Source of the DNA: Balanoglossus misakiensis
Lineage: Eukaryota > Animalia > Hemichordata
DNA: 64,000 bases
Reading direction: 5' to 3'
Assembly: GCA_040954595.2 (NCBI GenBank)
Contig: CM082587.2
Location: 1,325,500 to 1,389,499, forward strand
Positions 1-13,587 of this stretch are shown one piece after another; position 1 is the first letter of the stretch; each line of letters starts with the position of its first letter. Below the pieces are notes generated by a model. It was not told the DNA's origin, searched no databases, and saw only the letters and a list, made by a program, of their open reading frames with translations. The position numbers were made by a program, and so were the translations under genes.

Positions 1-124
1 AGTATGAACCCTTGTGATTAGATATATAGTGATCTATGGACGTGGAGGGATTACAAGTCATTGTTTATAATGTTTGTACTAGGCAGGTGTGGAAAACACC
101 ATGCACGCTATGACCCGCCAATTA

Positions 125-207
125 CCCCTTTCTCACGTGCCGTCAACGCCGCCCCAGCTGGGGTGCTAGGGCGGCGTTAATTTGTAAGTGCCACGTGTGA
201 AAAGGTG
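125..207. repeat. Imperfect palindrome, probable non-autonomous DNA transposon remnant
   Basis: CCTTTCTCACGTG..AACGCCGCCC pairs with GGGCGGCGTT..CACGTGTGAAAAGG. A related CACGTGAGAAAG motif lies at ~1289-1300, followed by CCCTTAA. Confidence 0.5.
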
Positions 208-1791
208 AGAGCGGCCCTGCGCTGCTCTTTTTTTGTGACGGTGTTGAGGGGTGGGACCTGGGTCGGGGCGCCGCACTAAACAGCGATTCAAATCACGTGT
301 GAACAGAAACACCGCACTAAACGCCGATCTAAACGCACTCTGCTGACGCGGTTTGAGGGGATACAAGTGGCAGTTTCTAATGAGCTTGCATGTAAAATTA
401 CCCCTCTGAAAAGAGCGATGTTTAGCACCTTGCTTAGTCAACGGTCAATTTGCCTTGTTGCTGATGGTCATCAGTAAAATGAGGAGCCCCAAAACCTACA
501 GGCAAAGCCTTGAGGTAGTCGGAACTTACTGCAGCTGGGGCTCTGCTGAAAAAATTGAGACGCCCAGTGGAAGTGGTAGTGAAACTTGTAGCAAAGTTCA
601 TGGTGATAATTGCTAGGCAACTAGGTCTTGCCATTGTCTGGCTAAAAATACATCCCTGTGCGTGAATAAATTAAAAACGTCTTTGTCCCAAGGGACCAAC
701 TCAAAGCGTTCCCACATCCCGGTATGCTTTTACTACTAGCATGGAGTCATGCTACTAGTATTTTACGCACTGGTTTCAAAGCTGTAAGACTCACAGGCGG
801 TACCGTAGAAGCGCTTATACTTATAGGATGACTGTACAAAAACTGGAAAAGTGTGGATTTTCTCGGATCTTCCATTTATTTGATGTGGAACAACAAATGG
901 GACAAGTGGCGAAATGTGTCCTTGATTTTCAATGGCACCATGAAGCCTATTTGAACCTAATTTGCATAAATGTCCGAGGGGGTCCTTCTGGCACTTTGAC
1001 TCATTTTTACCCCCATTGTTTCATCTTTTTGTAAAGAATAATTATTTTTTCCTGGTCGAACCCGAAGGATAGATTACGGTATACGCTGTTTGGGTATAAG
1101 TCCAGAGCTACATATACAGTAAACACATCACTGAATCCGCCATTGTGACCTTTAGCCACTCTGCTGTGGATGCATTGAGTGCGGTGATCCCGTCCCTTTT
1201 ATACACATGTGAATGCAAAACTATTTGAGTCGCTGATAAGAAATGTTTGCCAACTTTTATAATCCCGAAAAGGGCGCCCTAATCATTTCACGTGAGAAAG
1301 CCCTTAATGACCTTGGTTTGAAATAACCAGTCTCTGGTTGAGTCTGGCTCCTGTTTACTATCAGCTAAAGATGTCCTGATCTTGCTGAGATCCGGATCAT
1401 AGCAGCCTGTGGTGATTGTTGGCGATGTACCTTTCCCATTTTACAGTGTTCACCATCTTGACAGTTCACTTAATGGAGGGCTGAAATGTTTTTCATGCTT
1501 TTAGTTTTACTCTCCCGTTATTTCATAACACAAGGGAAAATATGCGGAATCAAACTGTAAACATTCAATGGGATATGTATTGGCAATTGGAGTCTTGAAG
1601 AGATGGGATATCTATCCCCCGTCAGTAATCTCCAAACACCTGTGGTCCAAGACAGACACGCCTCCTTTCTTCAAGGATATCCGTGATCCTGGTGCGTGTA
1701 TATTCCGCAAGAAGGATATAAGCTCGGTCGTTTTAGCTGACATTCGTGATGATGGAAACAGAAGAATCACAAACTATATTTAAAGCCGATC

Positions 1792-1794
<3 letters not shown>

Positions 1795-1824
<30 letters not shown>

Positions 1825-1842
1825 CCTCGGAGAGAGAGAGAG
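1795..1842. repeat. (GA)n microsatellite, interrupted
   Basis: Direct reading of the sequence. Confidence 0.95.
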
Positions 1843-4800
1843 CTTCCATTGTTGAGTCAAGAGCACCCTCTTCTTTTTGATCTGTCATAAGAAAATCGTA
1901 AAACAGACAAAAACCATAACAATTGCTAAACTTGACTGACACTCAAGAACATATGCGTAAAAAGATTTTTTCAATTGTCACAAAATTGTATGCGACTGTA
2001 CACAAAGCGTACCGTTATTCAATTTCCATGTTTAAGCCCTAATAAAAGTTCACGTTTGGTAACACTCCCTTCCTTTTCAAGCTTTATTTCACTGTGTCCC
2101 TATTGTCAACATGCCAGTATATGACTGCGTGAACTTTTTATTCTCTGGCTCGACCGAGGACGTTTTTTTTTCCTCAATGAAAGGTTCGTATTAATGTCGC
2201 CTTCACCTGGGTGCGAGCTCTGATCAGAGTATCCTTGACGACGTAAACAGCATATAAATATTCATAAACGTAATCGCGCAACGCCCCTTCGACAGTCTGT
2301 CAGGTAAACTCAAACTAGGTCTTCTGTTGCCACTGTCTGCACTGTGACACAAACGGGCAGTCCCAATCACGTCCGTAACCACGCAGCAATCTCTCATCAA
2401 AGACTGGCTGTGATTTATGTCACGGGTTTCAAAGGTGCCGTTTTATAGCTCATCGGGAACAGAGAACGGTCAATTGTCCAAGCAAACTGTTACCCCCAGC
2501 TCAGTTGGTTGATCTCACCAACACAAAAGTCTTGACTGGTTAGCAGAATGAGCGAAGGTGTGTGCGGGACACTGACGTTTTTCCTCCAGGCGCACGACCA
2601 TATATACCTGATACAGCTATAAATCTACGGTGTGTTACGCTATCATACGTCTAGCCGGCTCAGAGGGAGCTCGAGGACTTTTCTCTTATTGTTCAACGAA
2701 CACCAAGCAGCATATATGCCACTGATGCGAGGAACGGTTCTTTTAGTTGAACGCTGAACTGTGAGTCGACGGACACTGCTTTACAGACATTCGCGTTATC
2801 GCCATCCGAAGTCGGAACCGCCTGTCAACTCGTCCTTGAAGACCTGTTGATTTGCGATTCCTCACCATTTCCCTACAACGCATCGGACACGCCACGTCAC
2901 GGCTGCGCCAGCATAACCAGGTGGCAAAGACGTGTAGCGTTTCATCACGTGTTGTCTGTTGACGTCTGATCGGAAATACAGGTGGAAACAACACGAAAAC
3001 AGGTGTCAGGTGAGGTTAATCGATTCCGCTTCCCGAATTCTGGGTACTTGCGTAGGTGAGAATTTTGTGGGGTGTGTCAAGGTTCGCGCAGTGGTGGATA
3101 AATATAGGCACATCTCATACGAGCGTCCAGTCAAGTCTGGTCCACAGCTAGGGACAAGTCTGAATTACCACAGAAGTCACACAGACAGTACGCTGATTGT
3201 GTAAGCCAGGGAATACGTGATCAAACAACTAATTAACCTACATCGCTTTAATGTAAAGGTAGGAATGAACGGATATTTTTTCCTTCTGTCTCAACAAATG
3301 GCCGCAGGGGAAAACTGCGAAGTTGTTTTCGAACAAACCACAACTGGCGATTTCACAACCACCGGGTCAAAAGTTTTGTTGATTACAGTGAACGAGCGCG
3401 TTTTGAAGTCCAGGTTTGTGATTTCCAAAGTGTCACTGATGACATTTACTAACGTACGAGAAAACAACGTTGGGGGTTCTCCCTGTTCAATAGAGTGCAT
3501 TGTCCACCTTGGTGATTTTAGAGTGCGTTGTTACTATAGTCGTATGGCCATGGCCCCCTTGTACGTCATTCGCAACTATATGCGCCATGCCTATATGACC
3601 GGCAGTGATAAGTACATGTCAGCGAATATTTACGTTCCAAAACTAAACCACCCAAAGGTACCTGTATAGAAAGAGTCTTCTACTTTACTGAATAGCGGTT
3701 CGTCTTTGTCGGTCCCCGTGATCAACAAGGCTCTATCGATGATGGGTGTGTGAAAATCAACCGGTAAATGAAATCAAAACAGCAGGGAGTCAGACTGAGT
3801 ATAAAACCATGGCAGGCGGCTTTCTCTGCCTTGTTTAAGAAAAGTCCAAACATCGCTTTTGACTGTTGGCCGTGCAGTCACCTCGTAAATACTAGTATTC
3901 GATGCAGCGAATTTTACTGTAAGTGTCACTGTCTGCTAGATTTGTACACTTGAGGCACTCGCGTCCAATCGTGACTACTTCACTGGAAACGGGTCGCTTG
4001 ATAAACATCACACGCCCTTTTCGTCCAAGGCAAACCCAAAAGAGCCGCGGCAGATTTACGTTTCACCTGTTTTTCCTCCCGTTCTGACGATACGGTGGCA
4101 TCTGTTGAACCCCAGTCTTTGTGGAATGACCGTGGTTGAACGCGTCGTGACCAACCGTGGAGAGCGTCGTCACGGTTAATTAAAACCCAGATTGTGTAAC
4201 TTGAAATCTTAACCTCTCTGGAAACATTATCACGTACGAGCGTTGTAAACAATTTCTGCTAGAGCAACTTTCCATGAGATTTCCGCGCAAACAAATTTAA
4301 ATCTATCATCTATCGTTTGAATATAACGTCGGAGCTATCAGCTGTATATGGTTCGAAGGAAATGGCTCAGGATTTCGCCAAAAGATCCCGGATTCTTCAC
4401 AAATCATGGTCGCACCCATCAAGAGTGATTTGCATAAGACACTTAATATTCTCTTAGAAATAAATGATTGGGCGTATTTAGCTTATATTTGTGTTTATTT
4501 TTCATTTACCCGAGAATATTATTTTAATTGAAACTAATTCGAAGTTGGAGTGCACCAGACGGGGCAACGACCTTTGTGATACAGTTTGATGCAACAGGTG
4601 GTTGCACATGAATCGCACGTGAACCATCAACTTGAACTCTGTTTCGCAATAATCCTTATCAACAGCAGTACCTGGCACGAGGTAACTGCGATTTCCCGAA
4701 ACTTCCCGACTGAGAGTCACACGTCACCAGAAAAATTATTATTATGAGGACAGTTCTTTGACTTTACGACATCGGTCTGGTTCTAACGGTAACAGACAGC

Positions 4801-5168
4801 GACAAACCGGAAAGGCGTTCAATGATTGAAGAAGGGGCCACACGAAAACGAGGACAGTGAAGTGGCGCAGACAGCAAATAAGTTCTTCGTCAACAACTAA
4901 CTTGAACGTCGGGCTAGTGTTTACGCGAGTAACGGGCAAGGGTCAAAGGTTGTACGTATATACAGTTCATCTACTTCTGAGGCATTCCATTCAAAGGCCT
5001 CCGGACAGAAAACACATTTCATTGCATTGTCTTTTTCTTACGGTTCCATGGTGTGCGTATCTTTTGGTTCGACCCGTATATCTCACGCTTCAGAAAATAA
5101 AACCTTGATTAATGATGTTTTGAGCACCGTGCCTTGGCAAAGAAAAACGTTGGTCTCCTGGTCGTATT

Positions 5169-5182
5169 ATCGCCATGGCAAC
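5169..5182. promoter_or_regulatory. RFX X-box-like site upstream of the CCDC190-like gene
   Basis: ATCGCCATGGCAAC, with a near-identical ATCGCCTAGGCAAC at 5759-5772 just before the ATG. Confidence 0.45.
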
Positions 5183-5773
5183 GAATTGAGAGAGCGAAAG
5201 AAGTCAGTCGCGAATAACGTCCGTATGGAATGTTAGACACATTTACTCGTAAACAGGGCTTCGCGCAAAATCAGCGGCCGTATAGGAGGTTACACAGAAG
5301 TGCGTTATACGTAAGTGAACTTTGTTGAAAACACTCCAAACGCACTCTGGCAGGATCGAGAATTGACTCAGATCGGTTCACTTCATTATGGCATTTAACC
5401 TAGATTCTACAGATAACCCCGTTCGGATCATGACTTCTACAAACACTGCGTTATTATTCAACATATTTGATATGTCAGATTTTTAACTGCTTGTTTTATT
5501 GCGCGATTGACTGTCACTAGAGAAACGGAATAGTTGGAATTATTTGCGCGTCCCCAAGTGATCTCAAGTGTTGTTATTGCTTGACGTAATAACTAAACGG
5601 TGTCGAGTTTTATCAATAACCCTTGGCGTAATTTCTTTCGTTATTTGACAGGGTCGACCTGGTTGTTTTTCGGTGTAACAACAAAATAACAGATCACCCG
5701 GTAACTGGGAACCGCCACGGCAATATCAAACATCCATTTGTATCCTCGACAACGGCGGATCGCCTAGGCAACC

Positions 5774-7204
5774 ATGAGTCGCCATCTTGACAGCTTTCAG
5801 ATGTACGAGACTCGGACCGCGGAGGAGGCGCGGAGACGCAACAAGTATGCGGAGAATCAAAAGAACAACGAGTTGGGAACTCAGAAGGAATTGGAGAGAC
5901 TGCACTTGGAAACGATGAAGAAAGAAAGGCGGAGGTTGGAACAGGAATTGAGTAAAATACGAAATAAGGGACAGTACATGGTGAAACGCCCGTCCAATGT
6001 CAGCAATCAAGCTGTCAATTTTACCCTTCGGCACACCGGGCCTATGTACGGCAGCAAGACAAACCCTGCATTGTCATCAACGTGGCACGGTAGCCCGAAT
6101 TACGCCAAGACCACCGGCGCGAAAAGGCGGTTGAGCAAACCGGAATACGAGAGCAAACCGACACCCCGGGAGAGAAGAACAAGCAGGCGAAAAGTTAGCA
6201 ACGGCACTCAATCGAAACAACCCGCCATTGCAAATGGAACCCCGCCGACGGAGAAAACCGCGACACCGGAACAAAATCAACAAAAGCAGGATACTTCTAG
6301 TGACAGCAAAGAAAGCGCACGACAGGGAGACTTGTCCACGGAAAGTCCGATCACGCGCGTCAAAGAAGCGAATATCACGCCCAGAGTACAGCGTAACTCC
6401 ATCATCATAATTTCCGAGACCGACGAGACAACCCCCCGAAAACCTACCAAGAATAGGAAAGAATTGTCAATCTTTGATATGAATATCAGCGATGCCAGGG
6501 GCTCGGTCGCCAAGAGATTGCTAGCACAAGACGATGAACCCATCGATGCGAAAATCTCGTCGCCAAGGACAGCCTCGCCGAAACCAGCGATAGCAACGCC
6601 GCCTGTCACACTGGAAAGCGTACCCGAAGAGCCCCCCAAAGCTCCCCCACCGGTACCTCCTATCAGCAGCAAAGCAAAGCCAGAGAGTAACGAGAAACCG
6701 AAAGAAGGCGTCAAAGAGAAAGAACGGGGAGAAGACGGAAAATCGAAAGAAATGGCAAATCCGTCTACCGGAAGTGACGACATTTCAAAGGAACCAGACC
6801 AGAAGGCCACAGCGACACCTCCAGCGGAAGTAGCAAAACCGGAAGAAGGAGGCGGAGAAGAAGACGTTGAGGAAACGACAGCAGAGAACCGAGCACGCGA
6901 TTTGAAGAGAGTCAAACAGATGCTGGAGAACCCGACCCAAGTGTTCGACCAGGGGAAATACGCACCAGACGGGGGCTTGAGAACAATCCACCTCTTGCCG
7001 GATCCCGAAGATGCTTTCGAGGAAGCCCGAAAGGCCAGGTATCTGAGAGGGAAGGACGTTTCAGGGAACGAAACCGAGCTCTCCATTAATGAAATCTTTG
7101 CGAAGGACCAACAACAAAATCTGTCACAACAGAAGGATGACGATGAAATAGAAGCAGGAGATTCTAGTAGCAAGGGGGACGAAAGTGATAACAAGTCTCA
7201 GTGA
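5774..7204 (+). CDS. CCDC190: CCDC190-like protein (N-terminal coiled coil, long disordered middle, conserved C-terminal motif), single coding exon, 476 aa
   Basis: Long ORF with accATG start. The N-terminal coiled coil QKELERLHLETMKK resembles human CCDC190 QKELQRLQQETMKK as recalled. The C-terminal AFEEARKARYLRGKDVSGNETELSINEIF resembles the recalled CCDC190 end KARNAHYLR...ERLLSIGEIF. A splice acceptor at 5650-5651 and a donor at 5311 suggest non-coding 5' exon(s). Confidence 0.72.
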   Translation: MSRHLDSFQMYETRTAEEARRRNKYAENQKNNELGTQKELERLHLETMKKERRRLEQELSKIRNKGQYMVKRPSNVSNQAVNFTLRHTGPMYGSKTNPALSSTWHGSPNYAKTTGAKRRLSKPEYESKPTPRERRTSRRKVSNGTQSKQPAIANGTPPTEKTATPEQNQQKQDTSSDSKESARQGDLSTESPITRVKEANITPRVQRNSIIIISETDETTPRKPTKNRKELSIFDMNISDARGSVAKRLLAQDDEPIDAKISSPRTASPKPAIATPPVTLESVPEEPPKAPPPVPPISSKAKPESNEKPKEGVKEKERGEDGKSKEMANPSTGSDDISKEPDQKATATPPAEVAKPEEGGGEEDVEETTAENRARDLKRVKQMLENPTQVFDQGKYAPDGGLRTIHLLPDPEDAFEEARKARYLRGKDVSGNETELSINEIFAKDQQQNLSQQKDDDEIEAGDSSSKGDESDNKSQ

Positions 7205-10087
7205 CCATAGCAACAAGATACGTCCATATACAGTACCGTTTACTACGTAAAGATACTATTTACAGTGTTTTTCCTACATTTTGAAGCGTAATCGAGTGTG
7301 TGTTTTTGGTATCACGTTCCGATTGCGCAATCAACGACACAGGCCATTCACGACTCGGAACCACCTGTTTAATTCAGACTGTCTAGACAAACTGGCAAAT
7401 TCTCAGTTTACATGCCAGCTATTTGAGTCAGAATTTTATTAGAGACAACAGCCAGAAAAGCTTTGGAGTTGCAATGTTGCGCATCCACAGCACGGAGCCA
7501 GTAATCAACCATACCTTCTGCATCCAAACAGAGCTCTACTCAGAGAAACTTTTATGTTTGAGTTTCCGAAACAGCTCAGAGAATATGATCAACAACTTTT
7601 GTGTCAGCACAAGGCGTTTTCGCCTTCCTTCACCCGGTGTCCCGGTTGCGACTGTTCAGAGACTTCCAAAGGTCACTTCTGGTGAATGGGGTCGCAACGA
7701 CGGCGTGTTTCAGTACTATGCGAATTGTTTGGCAAATAAAACCACACAATCGCTTTTTCTGAATCCAGCCAGGCTTCCGTGGGATTTGCGAACCCTGATT
7801 CTCGATCTGTCTTTTGAACGCAGTTCGTATCATGTATAGGGTTGCAGCTCACAAAAAGAATTTTAAATATAACGGTTTCGGGTGGGATCAAGGGCTTCCC
7901 GTATTGTGTAATTTTGTTTTGGCTGGATGATGAGAGTTATCAAGCCACAATACGGGAGTAATCATGTTGGAACTCCGCCACGTAATTACTGTTTGTCGTT
8001 TTGTAGACCGTTTCTCGGTTGTCTGGTAAAAGAAATTTACTACACCCGTATCCATGCGCTGACCCCACAACGCCCGTCTCTATGAGCTGATAATTTATAG
8101 AATCAAAATAAGTTCTCTGCCCGGGGGAGGGGAGGGCGAATGAACGGTCAGAATGTTCTCACACAATCCTAATTCGGGACACGACTACGAGCAGGAGGTT
8201 TATTTCACGATCGTGTCTGCTCTGTCAGTTCAATCAAAGACCATGGCGACTTACACCACGTTCATGAACACACAACGTCATTGGTTTGGAATTTGGATAT
8301 GAAACACCTGACACTCCGTCATTCAGGCCCAAGAGTCCCTCCACCGATACTCGGTGGAACAACTCTACCGCAAATATTGATCAAAACTTCCTGCAATGAT
8401 TCTTTTCGTCAAGACTTGGCAGGCTGGCCATATTTGATTTACGCCACATGTCACAGTTTCGTAAAATATCAAATGCACGCACTCATCTTTCTTTGTTCAC
8501 TTGGTTTAATGTGTTTCAGCAAGGGTCGTCTAAACCTGCTATAAAGCCCATTCACATTCATCCTTTGAGCTGTGCGTCCCAACATGGCATCGTTAATCAT
8601 TTCCGAAGACCGCAGTTTAATTTGAAAAGTGTAATCACTCCCAAAACTGCAGTTAAATTGATGTAGTACTCTTCAATGGCTGGTATCATGCTTGCAGTTC
8701 ACCCTCGTCACGTGACTTGGGATACACTCGCCGGCTTCCGATTTTGTGATATTAAAATTGATCGGTATCTTGGATTTTCTGGATTCCGCAGCAGATTGTC
8801 AAACAAAGCGGTGCACAAGTTCAAACGGTTCTAATCGCTTAGTCAAACGGCCAGACAAATGGGCAAACAGAGGCAGATGAGAACTGGTACATTTACCGCA
8901 TTATTCATAGTTTGTACTTTCCGTCCTAACGTACACCATAACGAGTATTTCAGAAAATGATTTATATTATCCGCAGACAAAGCGCGAAGTACAAGCAAAT
9001 TATCCCTCGTATATTTTTATTTACAAGAATATTTTAGAGCGATTATTATGGATTTATGATTGTGTATCTTTTCATCATTGAAGACAGTGTAGAGTTTTCA
9101 TTTGTCGTTTATTTGAAAAGATGATTACAGAGTTACCTGCAGATGAATTGTTTCAAATCAGGCTTCAAAATTACCTAGATATAGGGCGACCAGAATTCGT
9201 GTAGCAGCATAGATTCTATAAAAAAGGAACAACTCGTTAGGGATTTCACTAGACGTGCTTTACAACTGCTAGTGGCCTGCCTACTTCATTTGTGACGTCG
9301 TTGTCTACAAATTTCATCAGTTGTCATAGTAACGCTATTACGTTCTAAAAAAGAGATTGCCACTCAAACTCAACAGTACTATCAGAAGTTCAGTCACTAC
9401 CTACAGCTTTCCGATTTTACGTTTATCACATCAAATTATCACGTGACAGACGATAGTCGACTTCCCGATGCCCAGTTTGTCGAAATTTTCCGCACTGATG
9501 GCTTTCCTAGCGGTTGGCGGAATGTTTCGGCTCAATGGGATACCCTGATATTTTCAACCAGTATTCCACAGTAAAGAGAGAGAAAATAAATATCTATATA
9601 TTTTATGTGAATATTTGTAAGATAAAACCGTGTTTGTAAAATTTATGGATTTTTAATTTTGGAGTTCTGAATCAAGAAATAAGATTTACGCTCTCTACAC
9701 CGTTATAGGTAGTAAAATTTCTGACATTTTTATTTTATACAGCCTTTATAACAATTTATCCATTTCATGTAAATTAGAGATATTTTATGAATACTTTCCA
9801 TTTTAATTACTCAATAACTCTAAAAATCCGTGAATAAAGAGAAGAAACGTGGTAACGGAGAAAAATTCAAGAGATGTGTGTGACTATTTGAATAGATGTA
9901 GGCCTAAGATTAGATTTGATAAAAATCTTCCAAGTTCACAATTATTGTATTCCAATATTAATGAAAGATTCAGAGATTATTGAAATTACCTAGGCATCTT
10001 TATTTAATAAAATAATGAAGGAGAGAATCAAATCTGTTGTCGAATTCTGCGCAGTTTAGAGATACCTTAGATCAATGGACAAACATT

Positions 10088-10232
10088 ATAGGGTCAACTC
10101 CTGGTCAACGTAGACTGTCTGGCGCCCGCCTCTACGTTGCACACCTGTAACAAGAGTGCAGAACGTAATTGACCAATCACACGTGCTGTGGTCTACCCGT
10201 TTCAGGTGTGCAGATAGAAATGGGCCAATCAG
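10088..10232 (+). repeat. Dispersed repeat, copy 1 (two CCAAT boxes)
   Basis: Aligns by eye with 32702-32832: TATAGG..GGTCAACGTA..TGTCTG..ACCTGT..CAAGAGTGCAGA.CGT..ACCAATCACA.GTGCT..GGTCTACC.GTTTCAG.TGTGC..GGCCAATCA. Confidence 0.75.
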
Positions 10233-13200
10233 AATAGTCGGGGTCTAACTTGTTTACGCAAACAGGACGATCGCTCCATTGCTACCATGTTGGTTCTATC
10301 CGAACTTTTGTGTGCGTTGCATTTCCTATATTTTGCTGAGACGCAGGAACTAGCTGATTCTGCGCGGAGAAAGTAAGTCGACCACTTTTCTAATTTCTAC
10401 GACGTGACTCTCAGCACGTTTACCAATTCACGTAGAGCGAGAAACGGTTGGTCGGCTGTCAAGTAATTCCGGCCGAACAGTTTTTCACTTAATCATTTTC
10501 AATGCTACCAAATTAATCTCTGGACGCGCGCTTATTCAATCCCAACACTCTTCCAGTCTCGTGACATTGCGAAACCGCGTTTCAGATCAATCAATCCTCC
10601 GATGAGCGGTATCCATGGCGATGGTGACGTCTTAAATAATCGAGTGGTAGCCTTTGATCCCGGTCAGATGGTTAAGTGAATTCCTTTCATTTCTGCGTTT
10701 TGAGTTTTAACGACATGGCGGTTAATTTTAAGAAGTCCAGGATGATGCCCCAAAGGCTACTAATTTCATATCGCAAAGTTATCGTCAGAGAACCAATTTT
10801 TTGATCGAAATTTAGTCTTTTCAGTAGCAGCTGCTGATGGAATATGTAGCAACGAATCGTGAGCGACAAATGTACATTAACTGTATATCCAGGAAAACCA
10901 CTTAACGCATTTCATGTAAAAACCAAACTCAAAACTATGACGATATTAGAGGCTTTTTGCATGCAAGTACCGGATCCTGCCAGCGCCATAAGTAACATTC
11001 GCTTAACAAACGCATAGGTGTTTGCGATCTCAGACTCAACTGATGCAATGCATATGTCAGAAACTTGAACCACGTACACTGTAGTCAAACACCTCTATAC
11101 TCCTTCAACATGCTCCCAATTGTATCCTTGGAGTGGGTTTCTCTCACAAAATGTCATCAGAGTTCAATTGGTGGTAGAAGACGCGGTGTGCTAAACTACC
11201 ACACCACTTGTCAGGCGAACATTAAGGAGAAGACGGCTAGAAGTTTTCTATAGCGCACAACAAGAGATGATTTCAAAACACTTCAATGACTTGTTGACAA
11301 TTGCACGGGATGACATGTACAATACAACGACTCTGCATTTTATTGCTGGTACATCAATAGTTCATGGGCAGCGGACCAAACACAGGACACGGGTGTTGTA
11401 AATACCCTTCACCGGACAACGGGGCGATGGAGTACCGTAGGTCAGTGACAAAGACAATGCTATTGTCATAGTGTCAGCGTGGCACCAGAAAATCCCAGCG
11501 GTATATAGCGGTTCGACAACAAAACACGTCACAGTGTCGTCCGAATGTCACAAACAGATTTTTTGTGCGACGCAACAATTGTAAACATAGTTACTTTCCC
11601 TCGACTTTTGTATAACATTTAAAAGTTTTCATGTTGATGCATCGGATGCGTACTACCCACAGCGGAACTTGGCCGCGACTCGACTGAAGAAAGACTGAAG
11701 ACTAGTGACGTCACTGCTGTCAGACTTGACATGAAACCATTGTTCCTTGTATCGCAAGGAAAGCATGCCTTTGCAGAAGAATGCCCCTTTATCTACCCTC
11801 AAGTAGACAGGGCGGTGCTTTTATTGGGCGTTTCGAACACATCATGGATTGTAGTAAGATGGCAAATTCCAAATAAAAGTACAACACTTGAACTTTACCT
11901 TGGCTATCATATGATATAGCCATGTTGGTGCCATAGCGCCGACCTGGAATGAAAAACATTTGGTTCAACTGACGCGATTACCGCAATTAAAGGCGGAATA
12001 CAAACTAATCATATTGGTCCATTTTCACAATCGCACAGTGAAAGTTTGACTTTTCAAAGTAGGTAAGGTTAAATTCGTTCTGAGTGAATCATGGCATGTA
12101 AATTACTGGATTATTTTAGTTTTCTGAAATGATTTATCTTCACACTTATCGGTTGAAATATTTCGCGGCGCCTGTGGATTTTCCACTGTGGGGAGACCGC
12201 CATTTGCGTCTGGAATTTTGGACATTCACTGCACCTGCTGCAGATAGGACCTATCACGTGATAGTCCCTATCAGGCCTCAGGAATGACGGGACGATAGTA
12301 CCGTACTACCCTGTACAAGGCTGAATCACTTTTATCCTTTTTTCAACTGGTCTTAATTAAAGTAGAACGGAAATAATTACTGCAATTAATGTCATGTGTA
12401 TAGTGGTGTCTGTTACTCATTATGACAGGCACGAGCAGTCGTTTTTCTGAGAAATTATAAATTTACTAGCCTTGCAAACTTGTATACCGAACGAGTAATA
12501 AAATGCTAACTCGTTGTGCCCAATAATATAGATTATCAAAGTACAGTATTATACTGTAATAATGAACAGAAATCCCATTTCTACCACCGACCCCTGCGGG
12601 GATTTTGAAATAAGTGCAATTCACGTCGTTTTTGTTGCAGTCGGGAAATATAATCAAAATGGACGTTCCCAACGCAGAGGAAGGGGTTGTATAAGGGTGG
12701 ACAGTATCGATGACTAAAGCTTTCTGATTCAAAATACGTCCATCTGACGACGATATGTTATGTCATCTGAAGTCATTGCTCTCAGAATAATTCTAATACA
12801 TCATACAGCGATTCGCTGACAGTATAGTCACAGAATAACTCGACACAGAACAGAATTTTAATATCAACGCAATCCAAAGCTATTAACAACTGTCAGGAAC
12901 TGCCCTGGTCCTTAGATTCCATGTTACAATTTCAATCCAATTTATGTCAATTTACCATGTAATATTAAGTCCTAACACAACAATCACCCGTCCGCCTTTC
13001 GAGTTCCAGATCGGTGACCTCAAAATGCTTGTGGCTGTGGTGAATATAAGCTGCATTTAGTTGGTTTTGCCAGAAGCTATCATTAATCGAGATGGCGTTG
13101 ACTGAAATGCAACCAAATGTAAACGTGGTTGTGTCAATTTGGTTTGATTTCACAATATGAAATCGACCAATGATTGTGTTTGTATTTATTTTGAAGCAAG

Positions 13201-13551
13201 TTTTATACTACATCGATCAGCCACCAAACCCGCAACTGACACACCTTTCCTTTGCTTTTTGATATTCAAAATTATCCGTGCTCAACAACTTTTTTTCATC
13301 TTCACTTATACATACAAGGGGTCTTCTCTTTTTATTCGAGGGGGGAAGGGGCGCTCCAAGGTTATAATCGGAGTACAATTACCTACATGTACTTCAACTT
13401 GCAGGTCAACTTCGTACAATGGCTGACAAAAAACAAAATTCCACCCTTGACACTGGATTGACAATGGCCGATGACCGACCACCACATCACAGAACGGATA
13501 CCGTCAAGTTGGATGGCTCCGCTGAATGTCCAACACAGCATGACCGGCAAT

Positions 13552-13553
<2 letters not shown>

Positions 13554-13584
<31 letters not shown>
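13554..13584. repeat. (CA)n microsatellite
   Basis: Direct reading of the sequence. Confidence 0.95.

Positions 13585-13587
<3 letters not shown>

Noticed and set aside
3217-3669. 150-aa plus-strand ORF
   Set aside because: Non-ATG start, no motifs, and composition typical of non-coding DNA.
6277-7194. 305-aa ORF on the minus strand
   Set aside because: Antisense shadow of the E/K/P-rich CCDC190-like ORF; Ser/Phe/Leu-rich with no motifs.
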